A stretch of 64,000 nucleotides of DNA from Azolla caroliniana (GCA_043228905.1 JBHGNT010000001.1:24552001-24616000); one strand, 5' to 3'. Numbered from the stretch's first letter, positions 25,846 through 38,588 are shown. Notes: a model not told the origin generated them from the letters alone. A program made the numbers and translations.

Positions 25846-26573
25846 TGTCGTAGTGTATTTTGTACACTACGTGAAAAACGTATATAGTATTAGATTCAAT
25901 AAAAAATGAAGAAATAGAAGAAAATAGCAAAATAAATGGAACATGCATAGGGCAAGATTCGAACCTTGCACCTCCATGTTAATAATGTAATGTCTTACCA
26001 TTACACTAGCATTTCATTAGTGTTAAAGCATAGATGTCCCACATAGAAAGGTAAATTCACGCTAGGATAAACATTAGAAAAACGCATAACAAAAGAAAAA
26101 GTTACACATACACATCTAGCGTGCATGATAAAAAACGCACAAGTTAGAAAAAGCATGATCACTTTAGATAAAGCATATAGTCTATCTATAGGAAAAGCAT
26201 GGGGTCTATAGTTAGAGAAAAAGCATGGATTACTAAGACTTCCTCATCACTACATAAGGATGGGAAGCACAATGTAATTGTGTGTGAAAAATATTTGGAA
26301 ACTAGATATGTTTCTAAAAAACACCAATTAATAAACTATACTCGTGGGATTCACGAGAATTCTATATCATTCTCTTTCAACCGAAGTTTATATTCTTATA
26401 TTCATATTGATTAATCTAATACAATACACTCGTGGGATTCACGAGTTTGCTATAACTCTTTCTTACAACATATTTATATTCTTATTAGCCTTAAAACTCT
26501 CTTCTTCCTAGTCAAAAACCACAGTGGTTCCCACCCGACTCACACAAACGATCCGGAGCCGAAAGGCACGACA
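25846..26573. mobile_element. Non-coding TGT...ACA element, copy 2, inserted just after the MTase DIPY motif
   Basis: Perfect 4-bp duplication ccgt (25842-25845, 26574-26577); removing it restores DIPYGFRIAGSTYDD. Confidence 0.9.
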
Positions 26574-28574
26574 CCGTATTGCGGGATCAACATATGATGA
26601 TGTGCCTTTCAAGTACCCTCAGATCGAGAAAATGGTAAAGGATTTCGCAGAACTGACATTGGCCCCCTTGTGGAGGATAGTCATATTTCATAGCATGGGG
26701 CAATCACTGTCAGTCACAACAGCTTTGAAGTCCCGTTGTCATGCCACTGAACACATGCATTGGTGCGTTATAGTTCGCTTTTACTCATTACAGTACTTCT
26801 TATTATATGTACACATTTACACCTCTAATACTTGATTTTCTTTCTCTATAGGATCAAAACAAATATTACACGTAGCCCTGGCGATCAAATGGTTAGTGCG
26901 GTCGAACATTTTTGTGTGGGCTACTATGATTCAATTACAAAGAAGAAGGCTAGAGCACATGTCAATGAGCGTAACGTGGTTAACTACATCATGTGCCCAG
27001 CCGTAACCAAAAAATTAAGACATATGTCAGGGGATAAAAGTATGGTGAACCCTTATCAAAAACCTCAAAGATTGATCAACCGCCTCATAGAGCTCTTCTC
27101 GAATCCAGATGATTGGGTCCTAGACTTGTTCTCTGGCACAGGTATAATATATATATTTAATTTCAATCTTGTCTATCAAGTTTAAGACGTTACTTCTTAT
27201 ATATACTTGTTTGTGTTCATGCGACCATTAGGTACAACGACAGCTTGTGCATTGAAGATGTTTAGAAACTGTGTTGCATTGGAGAAGGACCCTGCTCAAG
27301 CTAACTTCATCAAAATGAGGATCACAGGAATCTGGGACTGTCCAGATTAGGATCAAGAAGTCGGAGCAAAACACATCAACGAGACAGAGATGTTCCAAAT
27401 GACTTCACGAGAACCAATGGAACCAATTGATGAAGAAGCAGGGGAGCTGGTGGACCTAGAAGATGTAGCACAGTTTGACCATACATCATATTTGGGAGAG
27501 CTTGGAGATGACACGAATGAAAACAGTCTAGAACAATCAGCGCCGGAGGAGCCTGCTCTGCCTGATTTGCTTATAGATTTATGTAGATGGCGTAATGTAA
27601 AAATTGAGGATTTTGAGGCACAATGTTCACCATCACTTCATATTATATTTGTATATGAGAACATCTGTAATTGTTTATTGTTTAATTAAATTCACCTGTT
27701 CATAATTTCCCTTTTAAATCATTATTGGAACCGTTGTTTGTATTTACATATAATTGGTCACCATGCTCTTCTTCAGTTTGAGATATTAACATGATATTGT
27801 AATTTCTCATTTCCGTTAGCATGACTGTATATGAAAAGGTGAATGTTTTTGATAATAAGAGGTTTTTAGTTACCTACGGTTCAAGTCTACTGGTTCCACA
27901 TAGTATAAATGAATGTCGTACGTAATTGTTACTCTTACCAATTACATTGTCATGAACTATATGACATTATACAATGAAACTATCGATATACCCGTCCAAC
28001 AAGTGGGGTACTACTTTATTCCTAAACCCAAAACCACATATTTATAATTACGGTTTATGTAGTTTTACTCTACAATTTGAATATGGATACCAATTTTAGA
28101 ACTTTATATTGAACCAAGTCTTCAATTGTGCTCCATGATATGCAAATTGACACGAATGTGGACACATATACAATTTAGTAATTGCTAGGTTTTTTTTGTT
28201 CTATATTTAACCATCAAGTTGCAAAAGGGGTACACATGCATCATATATTTTCGATATCAGGCTAAAATAGGGTACTTTTCTACATCTGGCCAACTATGCC
28301 AAAAGAGAATACGACATATTACCTGTTTCAAATGACCCGGTGTTAGTTCTATCTTCTTTGATATATGTGCGTATCTGTGGTTAATCTACTATGTGTCTGT
28401 AATCCTTGGTGGCGTAGCACAATCGTAAGAGTGTAGGCGTGAGTAACAGTGTGTGTGCTAGCCCATTGTCTAAGGAGCTCGGTTGTAGCCGTCTCCCTAT
28501 ACACTGCTAGGTTACGGGAGGTATCCCACTAAGTATTACAAACAGACGCTACCATTCGTTGTCACACATTCACT

Positions 28575-31500
28575 TTGAGGTCTAGGTCGAAGCCTCGCCT
28601 CAGTAACCTCAGTAATACCTGTCGGGACCACAAAGATGATTTCTCACTCTCCAAATACCTCGGCGATACGCAGGAAGCACACTCACCACAAAAGCATTGT
28701 GGCCTTTCCCTGCCCACCGTAGCACCCAGCATGACCTTTGCTTATCCCCACTTCAATGGCGAAACCAATGCCACAACCCACATCCGACTGTTCCTCAATG
28801 TCTGGAATACAAACCACATGGCGCAGAGCCTTTCCGAGGCAATAGCGCACCAGTCCAAAATGACGGAGTTCGGATTAACCTTGGATGGGAGAGCGGCGTT
28901 TTGGCATTCGCAGATAGATCTGCCAACAATCACGACCTTCGACCAGCTACAGTCAGCCTTGTTGCGGTTTTTTCATCGGAGGGTGCCGCAACGTGAAATC
29001 CTTGGGCAATTTTACACAATTAAACAATTGCCGACCGAGACAGTAGTGGATTTCAGTTTACGCTTCCAAAATCTACACTGGAAATTAGAACGGGACCCAA
29101 CGGAGGATGAGAGGAGGGAGACATTTCTGGTAGCATTACGCCGACCCATACGGACAACGCTCAACAACAATAGCATAAAAGGGGAAACGGCTAATATGGT
29201 CATCGAAAGAGCGCTACATCTCGAGTTGGACGAAGAAGAGGAAAGGTTTTCCATGTCCTCATTACGACAAGCATTACGTCAGGACGAGGAACGACATTTT
29301 CGTCAAGCGATCCAGTGCACGATTTGCTTGAATTCAGGGCATCCCGCTGTTGAATGCAACATGCGAATCCACTGTCCAATCTGTCACTCGAAAGCTCACA
29401 TAGTTGAGCAGTGCAAGTACAATATGTTGAACAGAGCCACGCCCACAGTACGCAACGTGGAAACACAACGTCCCCCACGCCGTAATGAACAAAGGCAGCC
29501 AGAAGAACGACCACAGTATATGGATCGAAACCCACGCAATGACCGGCACTACCGGAATCGCCGGAATCACAACGATTCCAAGGAAGACGAGTCGGAGGAT
29601 GAAGACTACCGTGGCAACCCCAGAAATACTAAAGGGGGCCGTCCAACGACTAAACGTGGCGGCTTCAATGGGCCTCGCGGAAAGCATCATCAATATTGGA
29701 ACCAACAGCAGTACGACGAAAGTTCGGATGATGACCGGCACCAGGAACCACGCTAGGACCAACAACAACCACCGCGTACGCTCCGACGAATGAATCAAGA
29801 CCGGGAGGAGCAAGTCACACATGGGGATCGGCACACACTACCAGGGGCCGAGAAGGGTGAATCTACCATCCATTGTTTTGTTTGTCAACAGCCCGGACAT
29901 TATGCCACACAATGCCTAATACGCAAGGGCAAGGGGCCCGCCATCAATACAATTACGGCGGAAGTATAGCAAGTCACGACACGTCAACAAACAAAAAATG
30001 TTGATTGGGTTGCGCAAGATGAGATACGGCAGACAGCCCAAGCACGGGTTGAAAAAGCAAACACGACAAATATGGAGCGCATGCGGAAGGAGTCCGCAAA
30101 CACGGTGGAGCTATTGGAGGAAGAGGGACCATCCCCGGACCCCATATGGCAAGCATTGATAGGCTATGAGATAACGTTAACCATGGAGAAGCTGTTGCAA
30201 CTAGTCCCACGATTCCGCCAGGCCATGGAAGAGCGGATGACGAGCAGACCTAGGGTAAGCGTCGCCGCGAATTTTATGAACATTAGCGACGGACCGACAG
30301 TGGTGGATCACCACAACCCGGCTATTAAGTTGATACTACACGGTTCGGAAATCCCAAGATGCGTAATCGATGGCGGCTCGGGCGTTAATGTAATTAGCTC
30401 GAAGACATGCGAACAATTGGGAATTTCAGAATGGGAAGCTTGCCCATTCTTGCTTCGCATGGCGGATACCCGCTCAGTACGACCATTGGGATTGATACGC
30501 AAGGTACGCATTATTGTGGGAGGACATCGCTTCGATATCTCAGCAGTAGTCCTCGCCCTTGACGCCCCAGGGGCGTATCCTATGCTGTTGGGCAGATCGT
30601 GGCTTCGTTCAGCGAATATCAAGCAGAGCTAGCAACACAAGTGTATCAGCTTTCGACGCGGACGCACCAAGGTCCGCGTACCAACAGAGGAAATGGCGAC
30701 ACAACCCAAGGGCATAACACCATTGTACGCGGAGGATATAAATATGTTGGCTGGGGTGGATGATACTGAATTAGAGGCATACCTAGACGAGCACCCTCAG
30801 ATTATTCCGCTATTCGAAATTGACGTCATCGAAACCGCGACGGAGTATGCCACGCTTGCTACACTCCACGACGAGGCTTACGAACCAAACCCGGAGTCAA
30901 TATTAGAACTAAGCAGAGCACAAGAAGCGTTCGAGAGGTAAATGGAAATTTCACGGTGAGTCACCGCCTCAGCCCTGGAAGAAGTAAATGTGGGTACAAC
31001 GTCAGAACCTCGTTTCCTCTCCATCGCAAAAGAATTAATGCCAGATCAGAGAGACGCGATGATAGCACTACTCAGGAAGTATAAAGATGTCTTCACTTGG
31101 GCCCATGAGGACATGAAGGGGTTAGATCCGAAGTTCTATCAACATAAGATCAATTTAGCAACCGACGCGAAACCGGTCCAGCAACGTCGATATCGCATGA
31201 ACCCAAACTACGCGGCCTGCGTAAAAGAAGAAATTGACAAACTCCTCAAGGCGGGATTCATACGACCAGTTAAACAAGCTACATGGTTAAGCCCGATCGT
31301 AGTTGTACCAAAGAAAAATAGCAAAATACGGGTATACGTGGACTACCAAAAATTAAACGTCATAACCATTACGGATGCATTCCCTTTACCTTTCACCGAT
31401 AGCATACTGGACGCCGTCGCGGGGCATGACATGTACAGTTTTTTAGATGGCTTCAGTGGATACAACCAAGTATGTACTAGGGACTAGGGAGTCTACGTTG

Positions 31501-34500
31501 CAGTCGTCATGATGTTCGGGCTAAAGACAACGTCGGCGACATTTCAACAGACAATCACGGAGATTTTTGGGGAATATATTTTGGCCTTCATGCAAGTTTT
31601 TTTAGACGATTTTGCGGTATATGGGAGAACAACCGACCATTTAACACATCTGCAACTATGCCTAGAACGTTGCCGCACCGCACGCTTAAGCCTGAATCCC
31701 GCCAAATGTGCCTTCGGCGTTACCATCGGGGCTCTCCTCGGCCATATAGTCAGCAAGGAAGGGATAGCGGTTGATCCGAATAAAATCTCCGCGATTGCCC
31801 ACGCGAAAACGCCGACAAACGCAAAATCACTCAGCCGTTTTTTAGGACAAATACGATGGCACAATCGGATGATACGCTATTTGGCGGACTTCGACACGCC
31901 GTTACATGCCATCGTTCATCGGACTCCCTTCCAATGGACAGCTACGGAAGAAAAGGCATATGATGCGCTAAAGGTAATGCTAACGCAGGCACCCGTCGTA
32001 CAGCCACCAGTTTGGGCGAAGCCATTCCACGTGTTCGTAGATGCCTCGGACATAGCAATAGGTAGTGCGTTAATGCAAATCACGAAGCCGAATTGGTACC
32101 GGCCAGTGTACTACGCTACTCGAAAATTATCAATGGCTGAGCGTAACTATTCCACAACGGAACGTGAAGCGTTGGGTATGATCTACAACATCAATAAGTT
32201 CCGGCATTATCTGCTAGGGCGGAAATTCACGTTTCACGTGGATCATTCGGCACTACTATATCTGGTGGAGAAACAAGCGCTGACGGGGAAATTGGTGAGA
32301 TGGATGCTGCTGCTTCAAGAATTCGACTTTGTAATTCAGCACCATCCGGGTACGCAACACGTAGTGGCAAATTTTTTGAGCAGACTCGATAATGGAGAAA
32401 CGGCGCAGAGGGATGACGACGACTTTCCGGATGCAGACATTCTGCGGGTAGCAACGCTAGCAGAACGAACGGAAAAGACCTTCCCGGATCGGTGGCTCAT
32501 GGAAATGACCTACTCCCTAACCACGGGGTTACCGCCACCCCAATTACGAACGAATGAGAAAAAGCGGTTGGCCGTCCGGAGTCGAAATTTCTGTTTCATG
32601 GAAAACATACTATACCACAAGGGCAATGACGGAATCTGGAAGCGCGGAATACGGCAAGATGAGAAGGTCGCGGTTCTACGCGAAGCCCATTGTGGTACGG
32701 CAGGAGGACATTACGTTGTCGTAGTGTAATTCGTACACTATGTGAAAAATTACATTTTTGGTCTCTCCGGATAGGACATGGAGTACCTAGTGAGAACCGG
32801 AAAAAGGAACCGGTAAGGACCGAAACCGGCAAGGAGACCCGGCAAGAGCCGGATGAAGAAGGCCGGTGAGAGTCGGTGAGAAACGGACGAAGAGATCGGT
32901 AAGGAGGTCCCAGTAAGAACCGGACAAAGAAAACTATCAAGCACCGGATGAAGCAAAACCGGATGAAGAAGGCCGGTGAGAGTCTCTCACCGGATGAAGA
33001 GACGTATTTGTAAATAGAAGAAAGTATAAAAATATATATATTATATGCATAGGGCAAGATTCGAACCTTGCACCTCCATGTTAACAATGTTAAGCCTTAT
33101 CATTATAGTAGGGTATTATGAATTTTAAAGTTATACTAAACTTTATTCCATGTAAAATTTCTAGACATGCATGGTACAAAAGTTATTCATGCATAGACAC
33201 TCGAGTTAAAAAGAAAAGATGAGATAGAAAGCTAATCATGCACATGCAGTGTGCATGAAAACGAAAGATAGAAAAAGCATGATGCTTGCATGTGATAAAC
33301 TTAGACTCTTCCAACACTATATAAGGAAGAGAGAAAGATGTATAGAGGTTGTTGATTATTTTACAAGGGTTGATTAATATAATATAATCGTGGGATCCAC
33401 GAGTTTACTAACTATTTTTCTCTCTTAATTTGAGTACTCACTAATACACTATACTCGTGGAATTCACGAGTTTTTCATATCTTTCTTTCTTACAATATAT
33501 TTCATATTCTTAATTGCCTTAGAATTTTCTTTCCTCCTAGTCCAAAACCCCAGCGGTTCCCACCCGACTCATGCAACGATCCGGAGCCGAAAGGCACGAC
33601 AACGCAGGCAATGTTATGGCCCGGAAAATTTGGCAAGCAGGACTTTGGTGGCCGACGACGCAAAAGGACGCGTATGAATATTGCAGACAGTGCGATTTAT
33701 GCCAACGACTGGACCAGCCCACAGAAGTCACAAGAATGCCACACCAACCAGTGTTGCCACTAGATCCTTTCCAAAAGTGGGGGTTAGATTTCGTGGGACC
33801 TTTTACCCCGGCGGCCGCTCGAACAGGCAATAAGTACATCCTAGTGGCTATGGATTACTGCACCAAGTGGGTAGAAGCGAAACCACTACGCGAGAATACC
33901 GCGGCAATCACGGCGAAATTCCTGTATGAACACATTTGGTGTCGTTTTGGCTGCCCTATCGAGCTCATTAGTGACCAAGGGAATCACTTTCTAAATACGG
34001 TCATCAGTGAACTGACCCAACATTACGCAGTGGTGCACAAGAAAAGTACGACGTATTACCCATAGGCAAATGGCTTGGCGGAATCCACAAATAAAACCCT
34101 CCAAACTATCCTCAAAAAGATAGTCAATGAGAACAGGACGGATTGGGACACCAAGTTGCATAATGCGTTATGGGCATACCGTACCAGCTATAAGAGCAGC
34201 ATACAATCAACACCATTTAGGCTAGCATTTGGTCTGGAGGTTGTGATGCCAGTGGAATTCCAGGTACCCAGTCTGCGGATTCAAATATGAGCCCGGCTAC
34301 CAGAGGGAAAATCCGCACAAATATGGCTACAGAGACTGCTAGACCTAGGAGAAACAAGGGTACGCAGTATGGCCATATTAGAGAAGGAACAACGGCGGCG
34401 CAAAGCATTCGTTGACCGACACCAGCATGCGCGTGAAAAAGATTTTACGATTGGAAAAGTGGTATTAGTTTTCCAAACACGCATGGGGCATATGCCAGGA

Positions 34501-34692
34501 AAATTACGATTCCGCTAGACATGCCCGTACTGGATAGTAGGAGCAAAACAAGGCACGTTTCAACTGGGCACGTTGGCCGGGGAAGTGTTACGACAGAAAG
34601 TGAATGGGTTTCGCCTTAAACCTTATCTGGGACCTACGCCACCTAACCCGTTCCCCACCGGACAGGACAAAGTCGAAGAATCCGCGGAGTAA
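28575..34692 (+). pseudogene. gag-pol of the Tat-like gypsy (gag with CCHC knuckles, protease, RT, RNase H, integrase)
   Basis: CTICLNSGHPAVEC, VIDGGSGVN, FLDGFSGYNQV, FLDDFAVYG, VFVDASDIAIG, WGLDFVGP; several stops. Confidence 0.9.
32717..33601. mobile_element. Non-coding TGT...ACA element, copy 3, in the integrase zinc finger
   Basis: Flanks acgt/acgc; removing it restores AHCGTAGGHYAGNVMARKI. Confidence 0.9.
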
Positions 34693-34833
34693 GTAGACGG
34701 CCCCACTTGTATTATAGTGTAAATATAGTATTGTATGTAACCGTTACAAAAAAAAAAAAAGAGAAGATAGCGACACTATTAAAAGGACTTAAGGCATGCA
34801 CTGACTTCTAGACCAAGAACACGCGACACCACG

Positions 34834-37400
34834 ATGGCTCACCGACCAATTAACCCTAGGCCACAAAAAGAAGGAAATAGAAGGTTTTCTGCACAATACA
34901 GAAATCAACCTTCTAACTCTCAGCGCTCTCATTGTTCCCCTTCCTCACCCTCTTCGCCATCCTATCATAGAGCTCAAGCCCACTGCAACCAACAGTCTTC
35001 GCCCACTAGCCACGAGCCTATTCCGACTATGCCGATATTCATCTCTACCGCCTTGCGTCGATGGCTCATGGAGAAACACCTAGATGGGTACATCAGGGTT
35101 GTTGAGGCACCTCCACACCCTGATGCACTAGACCTCGCTAGAAAGCTCAACATCGACACGGTCACCAACTCATCCATCCGGAAAAAGTTCTAGGACCTGT
35201 CATCACTAGCTGAAAGGCATTTTGAAATCCCTCCTGCGAAGTCCCTGCAGAGGTATTTCAGTCCATATTCGTCATCCACCAAGGCATATAGAACGAAGGA
35301 GATCCCAGATTCCTTTTTTCCCGAAATCGCCAAGTTCCTATTGGAGGTCGGATGCGTACATGTAAACGCATATGGGATGCCCAAGCAGAAGGCAGGTATC
35401 ATCATTGATACCTTTGAAGGGCGTACGGTCGATTGGGGGGTCATTACGGGGCCGATGTTAAGGGAAGGCATGTACGTGTATCAAGGAGGCAAAAAACTCA
35501 GGCCTATCATACAACAGTACCTGACGATACTATTCCCACCCCGAGGTCTGTCGGCACCGCAGCCCAGCAAGCCCACGCCGCCACCTCGATCCACAAAGCG
35601 AAGGTTAGCGGAGTTAGCCACCACAGAGTGGGAGGATGAACCCCAACCCGCCCAACCGAACATGCGAACAACGCAAGAAGAGCAGGTTGCGCGCAACGAG
35701 GAAGCGGCACTAGAGCCGGAAGTCGAACCACAACAGGAAAGCCCGAGGCCGAAAAGGCGGAGACTGGACAAGAAAGATGGGTGAGGGTTAGTTAAAGACA
35801 CACTCGCGGCCATGGAGACAACGACCATGGGTGACAACTCCGCAGCTACGGAGCCCAACACCACCTTCAAAGTAATCCGGGAACCACGACTGATCATTAC
35901 GGCCCAGTCACAACTGGGGAAAGCCGTATTAACAGCGGAAAGCGAGGTCCTGGCGTATCCGGACATTCCGGACACGGCCCATGAGTTCGGCGCACTATTA
36001 CAATTTGGAACCACTTTTGAACTCATGGAATTCTTGGCAACACAACAAATAAAAGTCTCACAATGAATGGCCGAGGAGCACGCGGAGCGCTAAATGATCG
36101 AGCGTGCATTAACACAAACGGCGAAAAGCGATGACAAGGATCAATTAGTCAGAGTCGGCAGGCAGAGGAACGCTGGAATACGCCGAATAGGGATGGAACT
36201 ACCCCCATTAAATGCGGCCCTTGTCGAAGTTCATAGGGAACTGGCAAAGGTCAGTATGGGCACCAAGGATATGGTGATTAAAAATAAAAATGTCTGGAAA
36301 AAGGTTAAACTGACCCAAGCCGAGCTACACAAGGCCAATGAACGCATCACGGAGTTGGAAAATAACGCAACTATGGCGCAACAGGCAGCTCCACCAACAA
36401 CCAACGTCGTCGAAGCCCTGAGGGAAGAGATTGAAGCTCAGACCGCCATTGCCTCGAAAGTGAAACGAGCCGTGCAACTAGCGGAATCAGATATTGACCA
36501 TCTCCGTGCCAAACTTCGCCAGTCCTCAGACAAAGAAAAGGACATCCGGGCCAACGACCGAAAGGCAGTGAAGACCCTTGAAGAGAAACTCGCAGCAGAG
36601 ACAACACAGCACACCCAAACGAAAGAAGAAAATGCCCAATTATGAGAGGAAGCGAAAAAATCGGAAGCGGCAATCATGGGACTCCGGGCCTTATTGGAGA
36701 AGAAGAAAGCATGGTTCAACGAGCAGCTAGTGGGAGAACAGGAGAGAAGGCATCAGCTAGAAATCCGCCTGAACAATGAAATGGGAAAACTGGAAGAACT
36801 ACATGCGAAGGAATCCCAGCTTTGGGCAGGAATGAGGAAGCAATGGCGGTTAGTCAGCAAGAAATTGCAAACCTCAAGAAATCTGTAGAAGAAGCACGCA
36901 GCCGTTGCAAAGCCATAACAGACAATGTGTGCATCCTTCTGCAAACGAATCGGGAGCGGTTTACGGCGTAATTAAAATTGGCGCTAGACAAAGGATGGAT
37001 GGCATGGGAGAACCGATCCAGCGGCGGAATTGCATACATATCGAGCGGACTGGGAGAACCGAAGGAAAGACAGCTAAGGGTTCTACAAACTCAATGAGGA
37101 AAGCATTGCGGCAGTACGCGAGGACCTAGCGTAGGACTATCGCACACTAGCGGACCAACATTCAGAGGAACTCGCGCAGCTACTAGATGATTTTGGCGAA
37201 AGTTAGGAGGACCTGTTTCACCATATCACACAAGCCGGAAGCACACGAACAAATGAGGAATCCATCGCGACACCAATTCCGGATACTGCTAAACAAGAGG
37301 AACCTCATGCCATGTCACCAGAAATTACCACTACGGTGAACAGCACGGAACGGCGAGCGGAGTCCCCCGCAATACCAGACAACGAAACCTTGATGGCGTA
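34834..37400 (+). pseudogene. Extra sense ORF downstream of pol (Athila/Tat accessory-like, long coiled coil), disrupted
   Basis: Consecutive same-strand ORF fragments (34834-35193, 35341-35784, 35812-36066, 36094-36645, 36676-36888), mostly separated by stop codons; VDWG motif; E/K/L/A-rich helical region. Confidence 0.65.
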
Positions 37401-37611
37401 GCACAGTTGTAAGAGTGTAGGCGTGAGTAACAGTGTGTGTGCTAGCCCACTGTCTAAGGAGCTCAGTTGTAGCCGTCTCCCTTATACGCTACTAGGTTAC
37501 GGGAGGTATCCCACTAAGTATTACAAACAAACGCTACCATTCGTTGTCACATAGTCACTTTGAGGTCTAAGTCGAAGGACTAACCATAGACTGTGTTCCT
37601 AATCGGTAACA

Positions 37612-38542
37612 GTCTACAAAGCAACAATATAAACCTTTACCTCTAAGGCGACTTTCCTCCATTAATACTCGAAGAGTGACAAGATGATCAATGGTGCTAT
37701 GGTGTTTTCGAAAACCAGCTTGTCCATAAGCTCTCTTACCATTTTTTTCTGCCCATACACTTATCTTTGATTCCATTATACATCCAAATAGTTTTGCCAT
37801 TAATGAGCCAACCATGATGGTTTGATAGTTGTTTACATTATTTACATCTCCGCCTTTATGTAAAGGTTTGATCCAATTTGTAGTCCAATCATATGGCATA
37901 CCATGTTACAATGCATCATTAAACATATCGCATATCCATATATGTGCTTCCTTTCCCATCCATTTGAGCATTTCAGCTTTTATACATTGAAGATCACTTG
38001 CCTTTTGCGAGGCCAATATCTTAAGTCCTATGCATATATCTTCAATTGTAAAGAAGGGAGACGTATGTGAAAGAGAACCACACATCAACTTTCCGGCAAG
38101 AGATAACTCATATAAATTCTTACAATGCATAGACAAGTCATGAAGAGTTAAGTCACCATAACTCTCAAGACGTTTCCCCTTTAGATTTCCCCAAATTTTA
38201 GCACATGCATGTGCTTTCTCTTGCGTTTGGAGAAGTTGTTGAGTAACTTCCCATATTCGTCTCTTTCTTTGAAAAAGCCTTTTATAGTCATGCAAATGCT
38301 TTTGGTAATTTTCTTTATCCTTAACTACATCCAAAACCATAAGGCACTTTCGAGCTTCATGACATTCTTTATCAAACCATTTTTTCTTACATTTCTTGGT
38401 GCATTTCCATGTGGTCGAAAAACATTTGTTTGTACAAGAGAGAATGACATTCTTAAAAGCTTCCCATTTACATTCTAGTGTGGCACCATGTTGTGTCTTT
38501 GTCATTTGTAACATATCCTCAACCATCTTTGAATACATGGGC

Positions 38543-38544
<2 letters not shown>
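37612..38544 (-). mobile_element. 5' part of the same 5'-truncated LINE (RT N-terminal region)
   Basis: DWTTNWIKPLHKGGD, QAGFRKHHSTIDHL, YCCFVD; abuts (GA)n at 38545-38584. Confidence 0.9.

Positions 38545-38584
<40 letters not shown>

Positions 38585-38588
<4 letters not shown>

Larger units (their letters stand above)
23259..27689 (+). pseudogene. Spliced gene for a ParB/Srx-like domain fused to a beta-class N4C/N6A DNA methyltransferase
   Basis: Frame-compatible GT-AG exons: 23259-23284, 23653-25278, 25361-25499, 25568-26762 (interrupted by the 25846-26573 insertion), 26852-27141, 27232-about 27689. Motifs YYVIGGSHSAEARRQL, LLIADIPYG, NPYQKPQRLINRLIELFSNPDDWVLDLFSGTGTTTACA...RNCVALEKD. 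Stops at 24479, 24584 and 27348; one frameshift near 25777. Confidence 0.85.
19962..28344. mobile_element. Sola-like DNA transposon carrying a ParB-DNA methyltransferase cargo gene
   Basis: 37-bp TIRs (19962-19998 and 28308-28344, aacaYcgggtcatttgaaacaggtaatatgtcgYatt, 2 mismatches); 4-bp TSD agtt (19958-19961, 28345-28348); two divergent genes inside. Confidence 0.9.
19772..37611 (+). mobile_element. Tat/Athila-like Ty3/gypsy element with partially deleted LTRs, inserted in the LINE
   Basis: TG...CA ends with a perfect 5-bp TSD gtcta (19767-19771, 37612-37616) splitting the LINE motif CCFVD|FKKAFD; direct repeat at about 28401-28592 and 37385-37577. Confidence 0.9.

Noticed and set aside
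23259-27689. Bacterial contamination or a restriction-modification operon
   Set aside because: The gene has five frame-compatible GT-AG introns, lies within TIRs and a TSD inside a plant retrotransposon, and no restriction endonuclease is evident.
19962-28344. CACTA/EnSpm classification (two genes, CAC-like terminus)
   Set aside because: No 3-bp TSD fits a CAC start, a 4-bp TSD fits, and the transposase motifs do not look like TnpD.
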